A DNA stretch of 64,000 bases, taken from positions 1,829 to 65,828 of IMG/VR virus record IMGVR_UViG_3300007770_000580; one strand, written 5' to 3'. The position numbers and the translations under genes were made by a program. Below, piece after piece: positions 29,785-40,577 of this stretch. This DNA is from a virus. Its lineage: Duplodnaviria > Caudoviricetes. The notes beneath the pieces were generated by a model that worked only from the letters and a program-made list of their open reading frames with translations, had not been told where the DNA came from and made no database searches. The stretch's first letter is position 1, and the number at the start of each line of letters is the position of its first letter.

Positions 29785-30705
29785 CTAATCAACTTGTGAT
29801 AATTCTATAAGTGTTGCCGCAAGGTTAATCTCAGGATCTGCCGCAAGCGTGTGATTAATTAAACCTTTGCGTATAATAAGTATTGCCTTATCCTTGCCTT
29901 CGTCTGTGTTAGACCATAGTTCAAGATTGTCATACATCCAGCGATATAAATCATCAATTTCATCTGGACGTATTTGTTTACAAAGTAGTTCTCTTGCTTC
30001 TCTAAACTTGTTTGCTTTTATTAATGCAACCATGTCTAGTTTGTAATCACTTACTCCAGAGTCCTCGTCACGTGGATTAGTTAATTTGCCGGCAGTGCTA
30101 TTCATTTGCAATAGATTAATACATTTACGCAAATCTGGATATGTTGCTTTTACATAATTATCCAATACATCTAGTTCAAACTCAACCTTTTCTTCTAGCA
30201 ATATGTGTGCTACTCTAGCAGTAAACTCTGTGGGGTCAATCTTCTCAATATGGAAGCCTTGACATCTACTATGTAGTGCGGGAATAATTTTGTTTGGATA
30301 GTTGCAAGTCAATATAAACCTTGCTGTGTCATGATATGTTTCCATAACACCACGCAACGCCGCTTGACCGTTGGGCGACATATAGTCTGCCTCGTCAAGT
30401 AGCACAATCTTAAAGTCACCAAATGGAAGTGTGCTAACAAAGTTTGTTACTTTGTCGCGTATATTGTCGACAGAGTTTTCGCGACTTGCGTTAATCTCTA
30501 ACACATCATATTGATCAATGTCAAGTGCTGTAATTAGTATCTTTGCCAGTGTTGTTTTACCAACGCCAGCCGCACCACTAAACAATAAATGTGGAATTGC
30601 TTCGCTTTTAATCCACCCAGCAACCTGTTTACGTTGTGCGTCATCACGAAAGACATAATTGTCTATTGTGTCGGGTCTATACGCTTCAGTCCAAAGTTTC
30701 TTCAT
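29785..30705 (-). CDS. Clamp loader subunit (RFC/T4 gp44-like)
   Basis: LWTEAYRP, GAAGVGKTT, EINAS, LDEAD, SRC motif. Confidence 0.92.
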   Translation of the reverse strand: MKKLWTEAYRPDTIDNYVFRDDAQRKQVAGWIKSEAIPHLLFSGAAGVGKTTLAKILITALDIDQYDVLEINASRENSVDNIRDKVTNFVSTLPFGDFKIVLLDEADYMSPNGQAALRGVMETYHDTARFILTCNYPNKIIPALHSRCQGFHIEKIDPTEFTARVAHILLEEKVEFELDVLDNYVKATYPDLRKCINLLQMNSTAGKLTNPRDEDSGVSDYKLDMVALIKANKFREARELLCKQIRPDEIDDLYRWMYDNLELWSNTDEGKDKAILIIRKGLINHTLAADPEINLAATLIELSQVD

Positions 30706-31036
30706 TTAAAAAATCGTCTAAATATTTTTTGTAGTTTTCGTAAAAGTAGTTATAAAGAAAGTCATAGTCTTTTGATATTTCAAAAGTATGTTGTTTTTGT
30801 CTAACAATTTTCTTGTTTACTAAGTCTAGTATAATTGATGCTTCTAAAACTTCTTTATCAGTTAATCTAGTGCTTAATGATACTTGTTCATCGTATGCAA
30901 GGTTTTCTTTAAGATATCCTTTTTGTGCTGTACGCGAAGGATCTTTTGGCTTACCAACATACTTGACATGTAAGAATTTACCTTTCATAATATTATTATA
31001 CACTCCATGCTTACTTTTGTCAAAGTTTATTTTCAA
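30686..31036 (-). CDS. Hypothetical protein
   Basis: ORF within the operon; start uncertain. Confidence 0.6.
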   Translation of the reverse strand: MKINFDKSKHGVYNNIMKGKFLHVKYVGKPKDPSRTAQKGYLKENLAYDEQVSLSTRLTDKEVLEASIILDLVNKKIVRQKQHTFEISKDYDFLYNYFYENYKKYLDDFLNEETLD

Positions 31037-31325
31037 GAAGATTTTTTATTCCTTCAGGAATGCCATTGTCATATTGTGGATATATTGAAAATTTTTCTTT
31101 TGTGCTACTGTCATAGCAAAATGCTGTGACCCAGTCCCATTTAAAATTTCCTTGCTTTATAAAGTACAAGGTAATATCATATATTCCTGGAATTGTTCTA
31201 CTATTTGATGTAAGTTGTTTCTTACACTCTTCCATTGTATTAAAAGATTTACCTATTTGAAAATACTGTGATGTATCTGCTGGAACTGTGCCTATTAAAT
31301 AGGCAAGTATGAAAATTTTAATCAT
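31020..31325 (-). CDS. Small exported hypothetical protein
   Basis: Hydrophobic N-terminus; FNTMEEC motif. Confidence 0.55.
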   Translation of the reverse strand: MIKIFILAYLIGTVPADTSQYFQIGKSFNTMEECKKQLTSNSRTIPGIYDITLYFIKQGNFKWDWVTAFCYDSSTKEKFSIYPQYDNGIPEGIKNLLENKL

Positions 31326-31336
31326 TTGAACCGGTT

Positions 31337-31762
31337 TTAGGCCGCGATAGAACTTGAATTACTTCTATGATCTGATTGTCCACCCGTACTTGCCATGTCA
31401 TATTCAGCAGGTTGTGTGTCACTGGTTGCCAATATACTGTCTGGATCGACCATTCGAATAGTTTTATTTTCGCCGTCTATTGTTTTAATTTTAATACCAC
31501 GTGTCCATCTACCATGGTTAACTAAAACCCATTGGCCGGGTTCTATGTCGTATTGTTCTGGACCCGTTCTATAGACTAAGCCCCAGCGCGGACGAATGCC
31601 GCGCTCTTTCCCGTCGTCATCAGGAATTATAATTCCTGCTTTTGTTACAGTTTCTCCAACGCTCATATCCTCGACAATAACTCTGTCACGAATAGCACGA
31701 AGATTACCACTTAAATAATATGTTTTGTTTGGACTATGCGATAAAAAATCGTTTGAATCCAT
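31337..31762 (-). CDS. groES: Co-chaperonin GroES-like protein
   Basis: LRAIRDRVIV, TKAGIIIP, GP. Confidence 0.8.
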   Translation of the reverse strand: MDSNDFLSHSPNKTYYLSGNLRAIRDRVIVEDMSVGETVTKAGIIIPDDDGKERGIRPRWGLVYRTGPEQYDIEPGQWVLVNHGRWTRGIKIKTIDGENKTIRMVDPDSILATSDTQPAEYDMASTGGQSDHRSNSSSIAA

Positions 31763-31773
31763 TTTTCCTCCTA

Positions 31774-32319
31774 TTATAAATCGAGATTGTCTAAACCACC
31801 AGTTACTGCTTTTGGCAACTTTTCTTCTTCTTTAGCCTTTTTGTCTTTAGCAATTGTTTTTGCTTTCGCCGTGGCGTTTTTCATCTTCTTTTCTAAAGCA
31901 GACTGGGTTTCCTTGTCAGCGTCTTTTGTTGTTTGACCTAAAATATCTTGTTTTGTTTTTTGTTTCGCCGGGGTTTTTACAGGAGCACTTGACACCTCTG
32001 GTTTAGGTTGTTTGTCAATGCTCATCGCCGCCGAAACAGTCTTGGGCTCTTTATCTTCAACAGAAATTCTATCTTCAGTAATATGTCCGACAGACTGGCC
32101 TTTTACCACGGCATTTGGATTAGCTGCGTAGTAATCTGAAGCAGTTTCAGTCCTTGTTTTAATAATTTCGCCATTGGGGCCAATTTCATCACCCCTAGCG
32201 TTAACAGGATTATTACCAACTGCTAATGTTGTTTCATTTCTCAAAACCATTGCTTCCATATCCATAATTTTCCCTGCCGCTGTTCTATATGTTTTTCTTG
32301 ATGTATTATCTCTAGCCAT
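31774..32319 (-). CDS. Conserved hypothetical protein with a Lys-rich tail
   Basis: AVGN..VNARGDEIGPNG.IIK motif. Confidence 0.65.
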   Translation of the reverse strand: MARDNTSRKTYRTAAGKIMDMEAMVLRNETTLAVGNNPVNARGDEIGPNGEIIKTRTETASDYYAANPNAVVKGQSVGHITEDRISVEDKEPKTVSAAMSIDKQPKPEVSSAPVKTPAKQKTKQDILGQTTKDADKETQSALEKKMKNATAKAKTIAKDKKAKEEEKLPKAVTGGLDNLDL

Positions 32320-32347
32320 TATATACTCCTAAATAATATACATATAT

Positions 32348-32857
32348 TTATTTAAAAAATTCATTCGGATCTAAATTATACTTTAAACTATCTATCTTAT
32401 GTACTCCTAACAAGTACAAAACGTGACTGGCTACACTAGAGCCGCGTCCAACACCCCATACAATATTGTTTTCACGCATTGTATCTACTAGATATTTTAA
32501 AAAACATAATGCACCAAAAAAATTAATCTTTTGATACTCTAATAATTCATGCCCTACTCTTTGTAGTTCTGCATCATTACTACACAGATCTAACAGATAT
32601 TTTGCAATATCTAAATCTTTATATTCCTGTGGCATATACCAATTTTGCTGATATTGCTCGTCAAATTCTTCTACACTAATGTTTGGTTCTGTGTATTGGG
32701 TGAGTTTGTCTGTATCAATATACAAATTTTCTATTGCGTCATTAAACTTTTGTACATCAGTAATATTAACTTTAGTCAAGTCAGCATTGGGATTATTGTA
32801 GAGAACTTCTACAACTTCTTTTTCATCCAATACGTGATCGCCATACTTATTCATCAT
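32348..32857 (-). CDS. dnaE: Stand-alone fragment of DNA polymerase III alpha (DnaE)
   Basis: WGVGRGSSVASHVLYLLGVHKID..KY.L palm motif; ends before PDID. Confidence 0.8.
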   Translation of the reverse strand: MMNKYGDHVLDEKEVVEVLYNNPNADLTKVNITDVQKFNDAIENLYIDTDKLTQYTEPNISVEEFDEQYQQNWYMPQEYKDLDIAKYLLDLCSNDAELQRVGHELLEYQKINFFGALCFLKYLVDTMRENNIVWGVGRGSSVASHVLYLLGVHKIDSLKYNLDPNEFFK

Positions 32858-33482
32858 ACATTTTACGCCATTGTGCTAAAAGCATTTTAGAAAAAAACTT
32901 ATGTGCTTTGGGGCCATAATGCTCATTATCTTCGGCTTTGTCATAATCATATTTGGTTAATGCGATTGGGCAGAATGTATTATAGCATTTCATATTATCA
33001 AAAAATATGCTGATAATCGATTCAGTATTACCATAGTAGTTTGTATTAGGATGACCTAACGTAAAAAATAAAAATTTCGAATTAGTCGCCTTTAATAAAT
33101 TTACCATCCTTTTTACTTGCTCAAAAAATAAACTATATAGTACTTCGTCTGTATATACTTCTAGTTGTGATTTTGTAAATTGACGATAATTACTGTGTGC
33201 ATCGTAGTCTACGCCGTTTAACTTAATTCTATATATATCAGTAAATTGTATTATTACTTTTTTGTTTTGTAATTTGTATGTATTAAGTTTTTCTTCGGTC
33301 AAGTAATTTCCTCGACCGCTATGTGCGTCTATCAGGGGAATTAAATTTAATTCTTTCGCAAGTAAATGAGTATAAACAGTATCTTTATTACTGTGGCCAA
33401 TACCCTCTGTATGACTGCATCCTATAAATAAGATTTCGTTATCTTTTATTTCGTTATTTGTTTCATTATTAATATAAATCAT
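32847..33482 (-). CDS. SGNH hydrolase-like protein
   Basis: GCSHT block I, G.GN, D..H (DNEHYG). Confidence 0.65.
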   Translation of the reverse strand: MIYINNETNNEIKDNEILFIGCSHTEGIGHSNKDTVYTHLLAKELNLIPLIDAHSGRGNYLTEEKLNTYKLQNKKVIIQFTDIYRIKLNGVDYDAHSNYRQFTKSQLEVYTDEVLYSLFFEQVKRMVNLLKATNSKFLFFTLGHPNTNYYGNTESIISIFFDNMKCYNTFCPIALTKYDYDKAEDNEHYGPKAHKFFSKMLLAQWRKMYDE

Positions 33483-33733
33483 TTTTTAACGTCAATAAGT
33501 TCGTCGTATTTGTCTTTACCCTTCTCAATTGATTCCATATGCCGTCTGTTTAATTCTTCTTGGTATTCAGCAAGTATGCCTTGCATTTGTGCAACACTAT
33601 TAAACATGCCCGCCTGCGCGGCTTGTCCTAACTTCTTTTGTAGATTATTTAATCGTTCCATAAGATCATCATCAGATAAATCCCGAACGTTTTCTATTAG
33701 TGGATTGAACATATTAAACTCCTGTGTGCCCAA
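33479..33733 (-). CDS. Hypothetical coiled-coil protein
   Basis: MFNPL...LSDDDL..RL motif. Confidence 0.6.
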   Translation of the reverse strand: MGTQEFNMFNPLIENVRDLSDDDLMERLNNLQKKLGQAAQAGMFNSVAQMQGILAEYQEELNRRHMESIEKGKDKYDELIDVKK

Positions 33734-34256
33734 ATCCCCCTTGCCTATTTGTTTTTGGGCTAGGTGGAGTAATTACTTCTTGTAATTTCATATGGGTGTC
33801 GTCGTGAAACTCTAATTGGGCAATTCTATCTCCCTCCCATACTACAAAATGTTCTTGGCTAATGTTGTGTAGCATAATAAAAGTTTCATGATAATAATCG
33901 CTATCAACAATGCCTTCGCAGTTAGCAACTGTAATGCCAGATTTCCAGGCCAATCCACTACGAGGATGAATACGTATGCTGTATCCCTCTGGTATATCAA
34001 ATATTAATCCAGTAGGAATAAGACATCTGTGACCTGGTAGTAATTTTATGCTATAAAAATCTTTGGGAGAACCACCCCATGACTTGTATGCATTTAACTG
34101 TACAGGTCTATTTGTTTCGTCAAAACTTTTGACATATCGTTCATGGAAACACGCATGTACATCATAACACGCCGCGTAATCTGTTGCTCTTATTGGTTCT
34201 TTTGCTTTTTGTGATATTTTATAATAATCAACAATTAGTTGTACGCTCATATGCAA
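33714..34256 (-). CDS. dut: dUTPase
   Basis: AACYD, PRSG, GIVDSDY, GDRIAQ, RQGGFGHTG. Confidence 0.95.
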   Translation of the reverse strand: MHMSVQLIVDYYKISQKAKEPIRATDYAACYDVHACFHERYVKSFDETNRPVQLNAYKSWGGSPKDFYSIKLLPGHRCLIPTGLIFDIPEGYSIRIHPRSGLAWKSGITVANCEGIVDSDYYHETFIMLHNISQEHFVVWEGDRIAQLEFHDDTHMKLQEVITPPSPKTNRQGGFGHTGV

Positions 34257-34816
34257 TTTGTCCTTCTATTGTTTAATTTTGTATCGAACATGAATTTAAA
34301 GTGTTGAAAATAACTTTTATATGATTGATCAATTTCATATCCAAATTGTTTTAATAGTTTTTCCTCTAACCTTAGTGCTTCATACTCGTTCCATTCTATA
34401 CACTTTATATTAAGTAATCGATGTCTATCATGTATGTAATGGACTGTTTCGTGTATAATAGTTCCTACATCATACGGGTCTGATAGGTCAATTGTATTTC
34501 TTAAATAAATTGTACCGTACTGATAAAATGCTTCTATTTCATCTAGTGCTACACAAGTCTTATAAGAATTTGAGTTTTGACTAGAACTACGCCGCGAGCA
34601 CCATTCTTCGGCTAAAGTTTGTCTATCAACTAATTCAACAGTCAATGGCAATATATGTTGTGTAGGATATTCTGAATATTCATGTTCAATCGCCATGATT
34701 GTTTTATGAGTTAACTCATATATAAGAAACTCTAATTTGGTTAATTCAGCATGGCCAACCGACCCCTGTACAGGAGCAGATATTGCCATCAGTAAAATCA
34801 GAATATACTTTTTCAT
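34247..34816 (-). CDS. Secreted HExxH metalloprotease-like protein
   Basis: Signal peptide; HETVH; EYEA. Confidence 0.6.
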   Translation of the reverse strand: MKKYILILLMAISAPVQGSVGHAELTKLEFLIYELTHKTIMAIEHEYSEYPTQHILPLTVELVDRQTLAEEWCSRRSSSQNSNSYKTCVALDEIEAFYQYGTIYLRNTIDLSDPYDVGTIIHETVHYIHDRHRLLNIKCIEWNEYEALRLEEKLLKQFGYEIDQSYKSYFQHFKFMFDTKLNNRRTNCI

Positions 34817-34878
34817 ACAATTAGTATAATGTATTTTACTACGAAAATCAAGATTTTGGTGTAGCTAAGTGTTTGATA
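34817..34878 (-). promoter_or_regulatory. Sigma70 promoter (TTGATT-17-TATACT) with an IHF-like box 14 bp upstream; leaderless ATG
   Basis: TATCAAACACTTA at 34878-34866; -35 at 34851-34846; -10 at 34828-34823. Confidence 0.7.
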
Positions 34879-35527
34879 TTAAATGCTTTACTTTTGGTAG
34901 TAAAAAATCGGCCCACGCTTTATGAGCATCTGCGCCATGGTGGAAATACTTCGGATTAGACGGCGTAAATCCTCTATTTTCTAACCAAAAATAATAGGCT
35001 GATTCTTGATTATATGGGTTTATATAGCACTCCTCAGGAAAATCATATTTAGGAAGATTATAGTCATTTATATGTTTAAAGGTCTCATACGCATTAAAAA
35101 ATAAATGTTTTATATTTCTTTCTTTCAATTCACAATGTAATCCATAAATGTCGCAGTAATTTTTCATTAATTTATATATCTGCATAGGGTGTTCATTTGT
35201 CCGTAATACGTATTTTTTATATTCACTAATTAATTCCTGAGGAAAATCACCATGGCCAGCACAACTAGAGTTTACATTATATTTTTTGTTTTTGTGTTCC
35301 CATACCTCCCTTTCGAAAGTACTCCATCCTATTATAATAAAGTCGGGTCTGTTATTTTCTATATATGATAATGTGCGTTCAATAATACTAGTATTGGAAC
35401 AACCAACTTCTGCGTGATTAACGTAGGTATAATTGAAAGAGTCAGCAATATGTTTTCCATATGCAAATTCAGGACCGCCTGCATCATAGCCATAAGAATG
35501 GCTATCCCCATTTATATACAAAATCAT
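34865..35527 (-). CDS. SGNH hydrolase-like protein
   Basis: YINGDSHS, GCSN, IIGWS, HHG..AH. Confidence 0.7.
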   Translation of the reverse strand: MILYINGDSHSYGYDAGGPEFAYGKHIADSFNYTYVNHAEVGCSNTSIIERTLSYIENNRPDFIIIGWSTFEREVWEHKNKKYNVNSSCAGHGDFPQELISEYKKYVLRTNEHPMQIYKLMKNYCDIYGLHCELKERNIKHLFFNAYETFKHINDYNLPKYDFPEECYINPYNQESAYYFWLENRGFTPSNPKYFHHGADAHKAWADFLLPKVKHLISNT

Positions 35528-35534
35528 TTAGCTA

Positions 35535-37373
35535 TTACGTGCCGTAATAAGGAATCTTATACGCGGTACCACCAACTTTAATACTAATATAACCTTCTAC
35601 TTGTGCTGGAACGTCACCATTTGAGCCTGCTGTTGCAGTTGTAGCAGTTGCAACATCAAAGTCTACAGTACCTGTTCCGTTTGGATCTAGTACTAGGTCT
35701 TCATTAGTGTCTGTAGATACAGTTACTGACGTGCCGTCACCGGATAGTTTAACTGTGCCTGTTCCATCTGGTGCAAGTTCAATATTAGCATTTGAACTAT
35801 TAGCAGTAGTAATTGCTGAATCAACAACAATTATGCCTCTTAAATCAATACTACCAGTGCCATCTGGATTAATTATTAAATCATCATTACCTGGTGAATT
35901 AGGTGTAGTAATTGTTGGATTGGTTCCTCCAATAATTACGATACCTGTGCCATCTGGAGCAATAGTCATGTTTGCATTTGAAGCACTTGGTGTTCGTAAT
36001 GTAGGAGTACCGCCTGTGCTTAATTCAAGTACATCGGATTGTAATGATGTTAGTCCTGTTACTGTATCATTTAGATTAACTCTAAACTTATCAGGTTCCA
36101 TACTTATATTAGCGTTAGATCCGCCAGTAATGTATAATGTATCGCCATTTTCAATTAATTCTTGTATAGTAACAGTACCGCCTGACGTATAAGCAGTAAA
36201 GGCTGAACCATTAACAGTTGTTGTTAGTCCAACGTCACTATATAATGCAAATGTTGTGCTTGAATAAGATGTTCTTTTTGCAAAATATGTGTTGGTATTC
36301 AACTCTGTCATACCACTAACACTCGCAATTAAGACTTTACAACCATCTTCTAAATAATGATCTGCAGATGTAGTTATAACTACTGGATTTGCTTGTGTAG
36401 CACCTGATATATTAATAACAACACCATTGCGCAATGGAATATTAGCAATTGTACCTGAAGAAACAGTTAGATCAACATATTCTTTTGAAGCAAGTGAATT
36501 AGTACCAAATCCTGCACGATCTTTATAACCCGCAGGAACGTTAACGGCACCTGTGCCATTTGGTGAAATATTTAATGTTTGGTTTGATGCCGCTGTATTA
36601 ATAATCGCTGTAGTACCTGCTATAGAAATTTCACCAGTGCCATTTGGTGATAATGTAATATCACCATTGGTGTCTGTAGATGAAATAGTATTGCCATCAA
36701 GTTGTAAGTTATCTGTTTTTACTGTGCCTGTACCGTTAGGAGAAAGTGTAATATCACCATTAGTATTGGTAGAACTAATAGTGTTTCCTGAAATTTGCAT
36801 ATTCCCTAAAGCAGTATCACTTTGTGTTAAATCTTCTACTAAAACAGTTGTACCACCATCAATAGTACTAAAGTCATAAATGTAAGTACCAGTTGATGGG
36901 AAAGTAATAACAAGCGAGGACATTCCTTGAATAGTATTTGCGCCTAATGTAACAGCCGCCGGCAAGGTTAGCGTGTGTGCTACATCGGTGATCGTTACGA
37001 TAAATCTTACTCTACCGCCTTTTCCTGAACTAGGCCAATTGGTAAAAGATAACGTAGATATTGCATTTAGTGTTGCAGTATGTATAATACCCGATGTCAC
37101 GTCTATTGCCGCCGCGCCACCTACAGTACCCAGCGCATTAACTGAGTCTGCGTTGTTTTTCATTATCGCTTTACTAATAATGCCTGTAAAGGTAAAATCA
37201 TTTTCAGCAGTTAATGTAACTGAGGATGTTTGTAATACCTCAATTTCACTCTTTGCTGTAGTAAAATTTGTTTTTATATTTGTAAAATTGTCTCTAAATC
37301 CTTGACTGTCATTGTCTTGACCAGCTACTGGATATGTTCCGTCAATATTACTGGGGTTTATTGAACTTGCCAT
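35535..37373 (-). CDS. Baseplate/tail-fibre structural protein with repeats
   Basis: MASSINP..IDGTYPVAGQDNDSQGFRDNF N-terminus; DITLSPNGTG repeats; TQANPVVIT module. Confidence 0.75.
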   Translation of the reverse strand: MASSINPSNIDGTYPVAGQDNDSQGFRDNFTNIKTNFTTAKSEIEVLQTSSVTLTAENDFTFTGIISKAIMKNNADSVNALGTVGGAAAIDVTSGIIHTATLNAISTLSFTNWPSSGKGGRVRFIVTITDVAHTLTLPAAVTLGANTIQGMSSLVITFPSTGTYIYDFSTIDGGTTVLVEDLTQSDTALGNMQISGNTISSTNTNGDITLSPNGTGTVKTDNLQLDGNTISSTDTNGDITLSPNGTGEISIAGTTAIINTAASNQTLNISPNGTGAVNVPAGYKDRAGFGTNSLASKEYVDLTVSSGTIANIPLRNGVVINISGATQANPVVITTSADHYLEDGCKVLIASVSGMTELNTNTYFAKRTSYSSTTFALYSDVGLTTTVNGSAFTAYTSGGTVTIQELIENGDTLYITGGSNANISMEPDKFRVNLNDTVTGLTSLQSDVLELSTGGTPTLRTPSASNANMTIAPDGTGIVIIGGTNPTITTPNSPGNDDLIINPDGTGSIDLRGIIVVDSAITTANSSNANIELAPDGTGTVKLSGDGTSVTVSTDTNEDLVLDPNGTGTVDFDVATATTATAGSNGDVPAQVEGYISIKVGGTAYKIPYYGT

Positions 37374-37375
37374 TT

Positions 37376-39106
37376 TTATTCATATACTCCTGTTTTTGGG
37401 AATTTTATGTATTTATCCTTTTCGCCCACTTTATGGTATGTCTGTGGTGCGTATTCTGTATATATCACATAGTACTTATCATTATTTAGCGGTACAAAAT
37501 TAAAGGTTATACTTTTAAATTGTGCTACGTAATCTTTTACTGGTGTTAGTTTACCAGCTGTCCCAGCATTTGAGCTGTCACCAAATATTACAATTTCATT
37601 AGATCTGTCAATATATTGATTTAGGTTAAACGTTTGTACTGAGCCGTCACCGGTTATAGTTTGGACAATGTCCAAAAATTTCATATCATCCTCATCAAAA
37701 GTTGTTGTGTCTGTATTCCATGTTGTATAAATCCGCGTAGCAAATCTATCAGCGTCTATATCATATGACAAAGATAAATCATTGTCCCATTCATATCTAT
37801 CAACTTGTAACAAGAAATTATTAGGATTAAAATTAGAACGTTTAATTAAAAATTTAATTCTTTCTGCTTCTCCTGGTTTTACGTATGCTAAGGGAGCAAC
37901 AGACTGATATTGCAACGTGGTTCCGTCTTCTTGTTCTGTTGACATCCAACTAGGTAATGATTTTGCTTCGCTAACTACTTCTCCTATTTCGTCTGTTAGT
38001 CTTTTACGCATGTTTTTAAAACTGTTAGGATAAACATCGTAGGCAGGATCCCATGTTGTCATATCAGCCGAGTAATCTGCGACACCCGGACTACTGCCTA
38101 AACTAGCGCGTATCTTTCCACTTGAAGCGTATATAGGCGCAAAACTAAAATCAGTGCCACTCAAATTAATTAATTCTTCTTCAGACGAACTAAGTTCTTC
38201 TATTTCATAATATATTATTTCATACTCTACTTTACCATTAACATAAGATCTAGCACTTTTTAAATCACCAAATCTTAGTGTTTTAGTATAATGGTATTCT
38301 TCAAGTTGATGCATATAGGTTTCTAAGTACTTTGGATTAAGACCTGATTTAACTAAGATTTTTATGTCACGTTGTAATCCAAAACGCTCATCATTTTTTC
38401 TATATAAAGCATCTTGATCAAAGATATTAAAATCGGAAGTAAAGTCTTGCCAATTGGATTTATCTTTAAGATGAGGTAACGCAACGCAGTACATATTTTG
38501 CCATGGGCTTGCACTCAACGCACTGACTGTGACTTTATAATCCTGAAAAGAACTAACACCCAATCCTCCTGGAATATCTGCAGACGCAATCGCCCCAGAT
38601 CCGCCGCCTCCTGTAAATGTAATTGTAGGTTGATGCGTGAATCCTTCTCCTTCATTTGTGATTGTTACGGTGTTTACTGCGCCACCTGATATTGTGCATG
38701 TTGCTGTTGCTCGTATGCCGCCCCCTCCTGTTATGGTAACATCAGGAGCAGATGTGTAACCACTGCCGCCATCAATAATTGATATTGATAGCAATGGCCC
38801 AATGGTATTATAGGCTTCTGCAGTAAATGTAAAACTACTGTCCCAAGTAGTAATAGTTTCTAATTTACTATCTGTAACAGAAAATGTAGTTGTCCCTTTA
38901 TCAAATAAGGTTGTATTGCGGAACGTAGTTCTACCTACTATTGAACCATCCTGTACAAGTTTTAATCCTTGTGGAAGTTCTCCTGCGTTTTTATATCTTT
39001 TCAATCTTATGAATAAATCCGGTCCGTCTGGTGCGCTCGCATTAATTTGTAATTTACTAGGTTTACCTGCTATAATAGTTCCTAAATCTATAATACTCAT
39101 GACCAA
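37376..39106 (-). CDS. Baseplate wedge-like structural protein
   Basis: GGSGYTSAPDVTITGGGG repeats; C-terminal DKYIKFPK. Confidence 0.7.
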   Translation of the reverse strand: MVMSIIDLGTIIAGKPSKLQINASAPDGPDLFIRLKRYKNAGELPQGLKLVQDGSIVGRTTFRNTTLFDKGTTTFSVTDSKLETITTWDSSFTFTAEAYNTIGPLLSISIIDGGSGYTSAPDVTITGGGGIRATATCTISGGAVNTVTITNEGEGFTHQPTITFTGGGGSGAIASADIPGGLGVSSFQDYKVTVSALSASPWQNMYCVALPHLKDKSNWQDFTSDFNIFDQDALYRKNDERFGLQRDIKILVKSGLNPKYLETYMHQLEEYHYTKTLRFGDLKSARSYVNGKVEYEIIYYEIEELSSSEEELINLSGTDFSFAPIYASSGKIRASLGSSPGVADYSADMTTWDPAYDVYPNSFKNMRKRLTDEIGEVVSEAKSLPSWMSTEQEDGTTLQYQSVAPLAYVKPGEAERIKFLIKRSNFNPNNFLLQVDRYEWDNDLSLSYDIDADRFATRIYTTWNTDTTTFDEDDMKFLDIVQTITGDGSVQTFNLNQYIDRSNEIVIFGDSSNAGTAGKLTPVKDYVAQFKSITFNFVPLNNDKYYVIYTEYAPQTYHKVGEKDKYIKFPKTGVYE

Positions 39107-40185
39107 TTTACCTGTACTTCGTCACTTCCTTGGACGGTTAACGTATACTCTACCCATTCTCCGTAAATTGTTATTGCTTTATTTGGATTATAAGCAGTAT
39201 CAGTATGAAGATTTTTTGGCCTAATAGAAAATTTATATTCAGTCACTGTGATTGTCATACTTGGAATAGATCCATAAAGCAAGCATGACCCTTCGCCGTC
39301 TGTAGCATCGGCATCATATGCCCCTTCAAATACCAAAGTAGAAGGTTTATTTCCTGATATTTCAAAGTATATGTTAGGCAAGTCTTCAAGTAATTTTCCA
39401 AAAAATGTTTCTATATAATAATTGTCATGTCTAAACTTTCCGACAGATGCGGGCAAAGTAGACATCCACGGTCTTCCAAATAGGTAAACATCTGCTAACC
39501 ACATGTTCGAATCACTATCTACTGTTATATTGTTACCAAATGCGTCAGCCGTCCTATCTGCCCTGCCATCATTGATGGCATGAACAGCAATGCTAAATTC
39601 TCGTTCAATAGTAAATTGTCCATCCGTTACACTGACAAAAAATGTATATTCAGTACTGTTACCACTCAATTTATCTAATCTACCAGTAATTTGTCCATTC
39701 GTAGTACCTAAAGTTAAGCCAGGAGGTAAAAGACCATTAGTAATGGTATACGTTAAATCATCCTCATCGGAGTCAATTGCCGCAACACTTATATTCACTT
39801 CTTCACCGTCGTGTACATCTAATAGTTTTCCAGAAGCAGTTGACCAAACTGGAGAATCTGGTCCAGCAACAGTTAAACTAAATGTTCTGTCTGCTATAAG
39901 ATTTTCTGCATCTGTTATTCTAATAACAAATGTACTAGTAACATTTTCGCTAACTTCATATGGAACACCTTTTAATTTACTACGTTGTGTAGGTATGCCA
40001 TCAATAATCCCAGTGTGGGCCATGGCAATGCCGGCCGGAAGTTTACCGGCCAACAATGTAAATGTTAAACCAGTATTATTACTTGATTCTTCAGGGTCTC
40101 TGCCTACTAATTGTAAATTATAAAATTCTAATTCTTGTATTGTACCTAGGTCACCCGCGTCAGTTATCCAGTACGGTACGGCCAT
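39097..40185 (-). CDS. Ig-like (putative Ig/cadherin) domain structural protein
   Basis: P.W.T.AG.L, GxLPxGL repeats. Confidence 0.7.
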   Translation of the reverse strand: MAVPYWITDAGDLGTIQELEFYNLQLVGRDPEESSNNTGLTFTLLAGKLPAGIAMAHTGIIDGIPTQRSKLKGVPYEVSENVTSTFVIRITDAENLIADRTFSLTVAGPDSPVWSTASGKLLDVHDGEEVNISVAAIDSDEDDLTYTITNGLLPPGLTLGTTNGQITGRLDKLSGNSTEYTFFVSVTDGQFTIEREFSIAVHAINDGRADRTADAFGNNITVDSDSNMWLADVYLFGRPWMSTLPASVGKFRHDNYYIETFFGKLLEDLPNIYFEISGNKPSTLVFEGAYDADATDGEGSCLLYGSIPSMTITVTEYKFSIRPKNLHTDTAYNPNKAITIYGEWVEYTLTVQGSDEVQVNWS

Positions 40186-40190
40186 TTATT

Positions 40191-40460
<270 letters not shown>

Positions 40461-40577
40461 CTAAAATATATCTACTAGTATTTAGCCTATTTTTTAAATC
40501 TACAAACACACAAATTATAGTATGCTTATATTATTATTAAGTTCTTACATTAAATAAATAATATAGAGGCAGATCAT

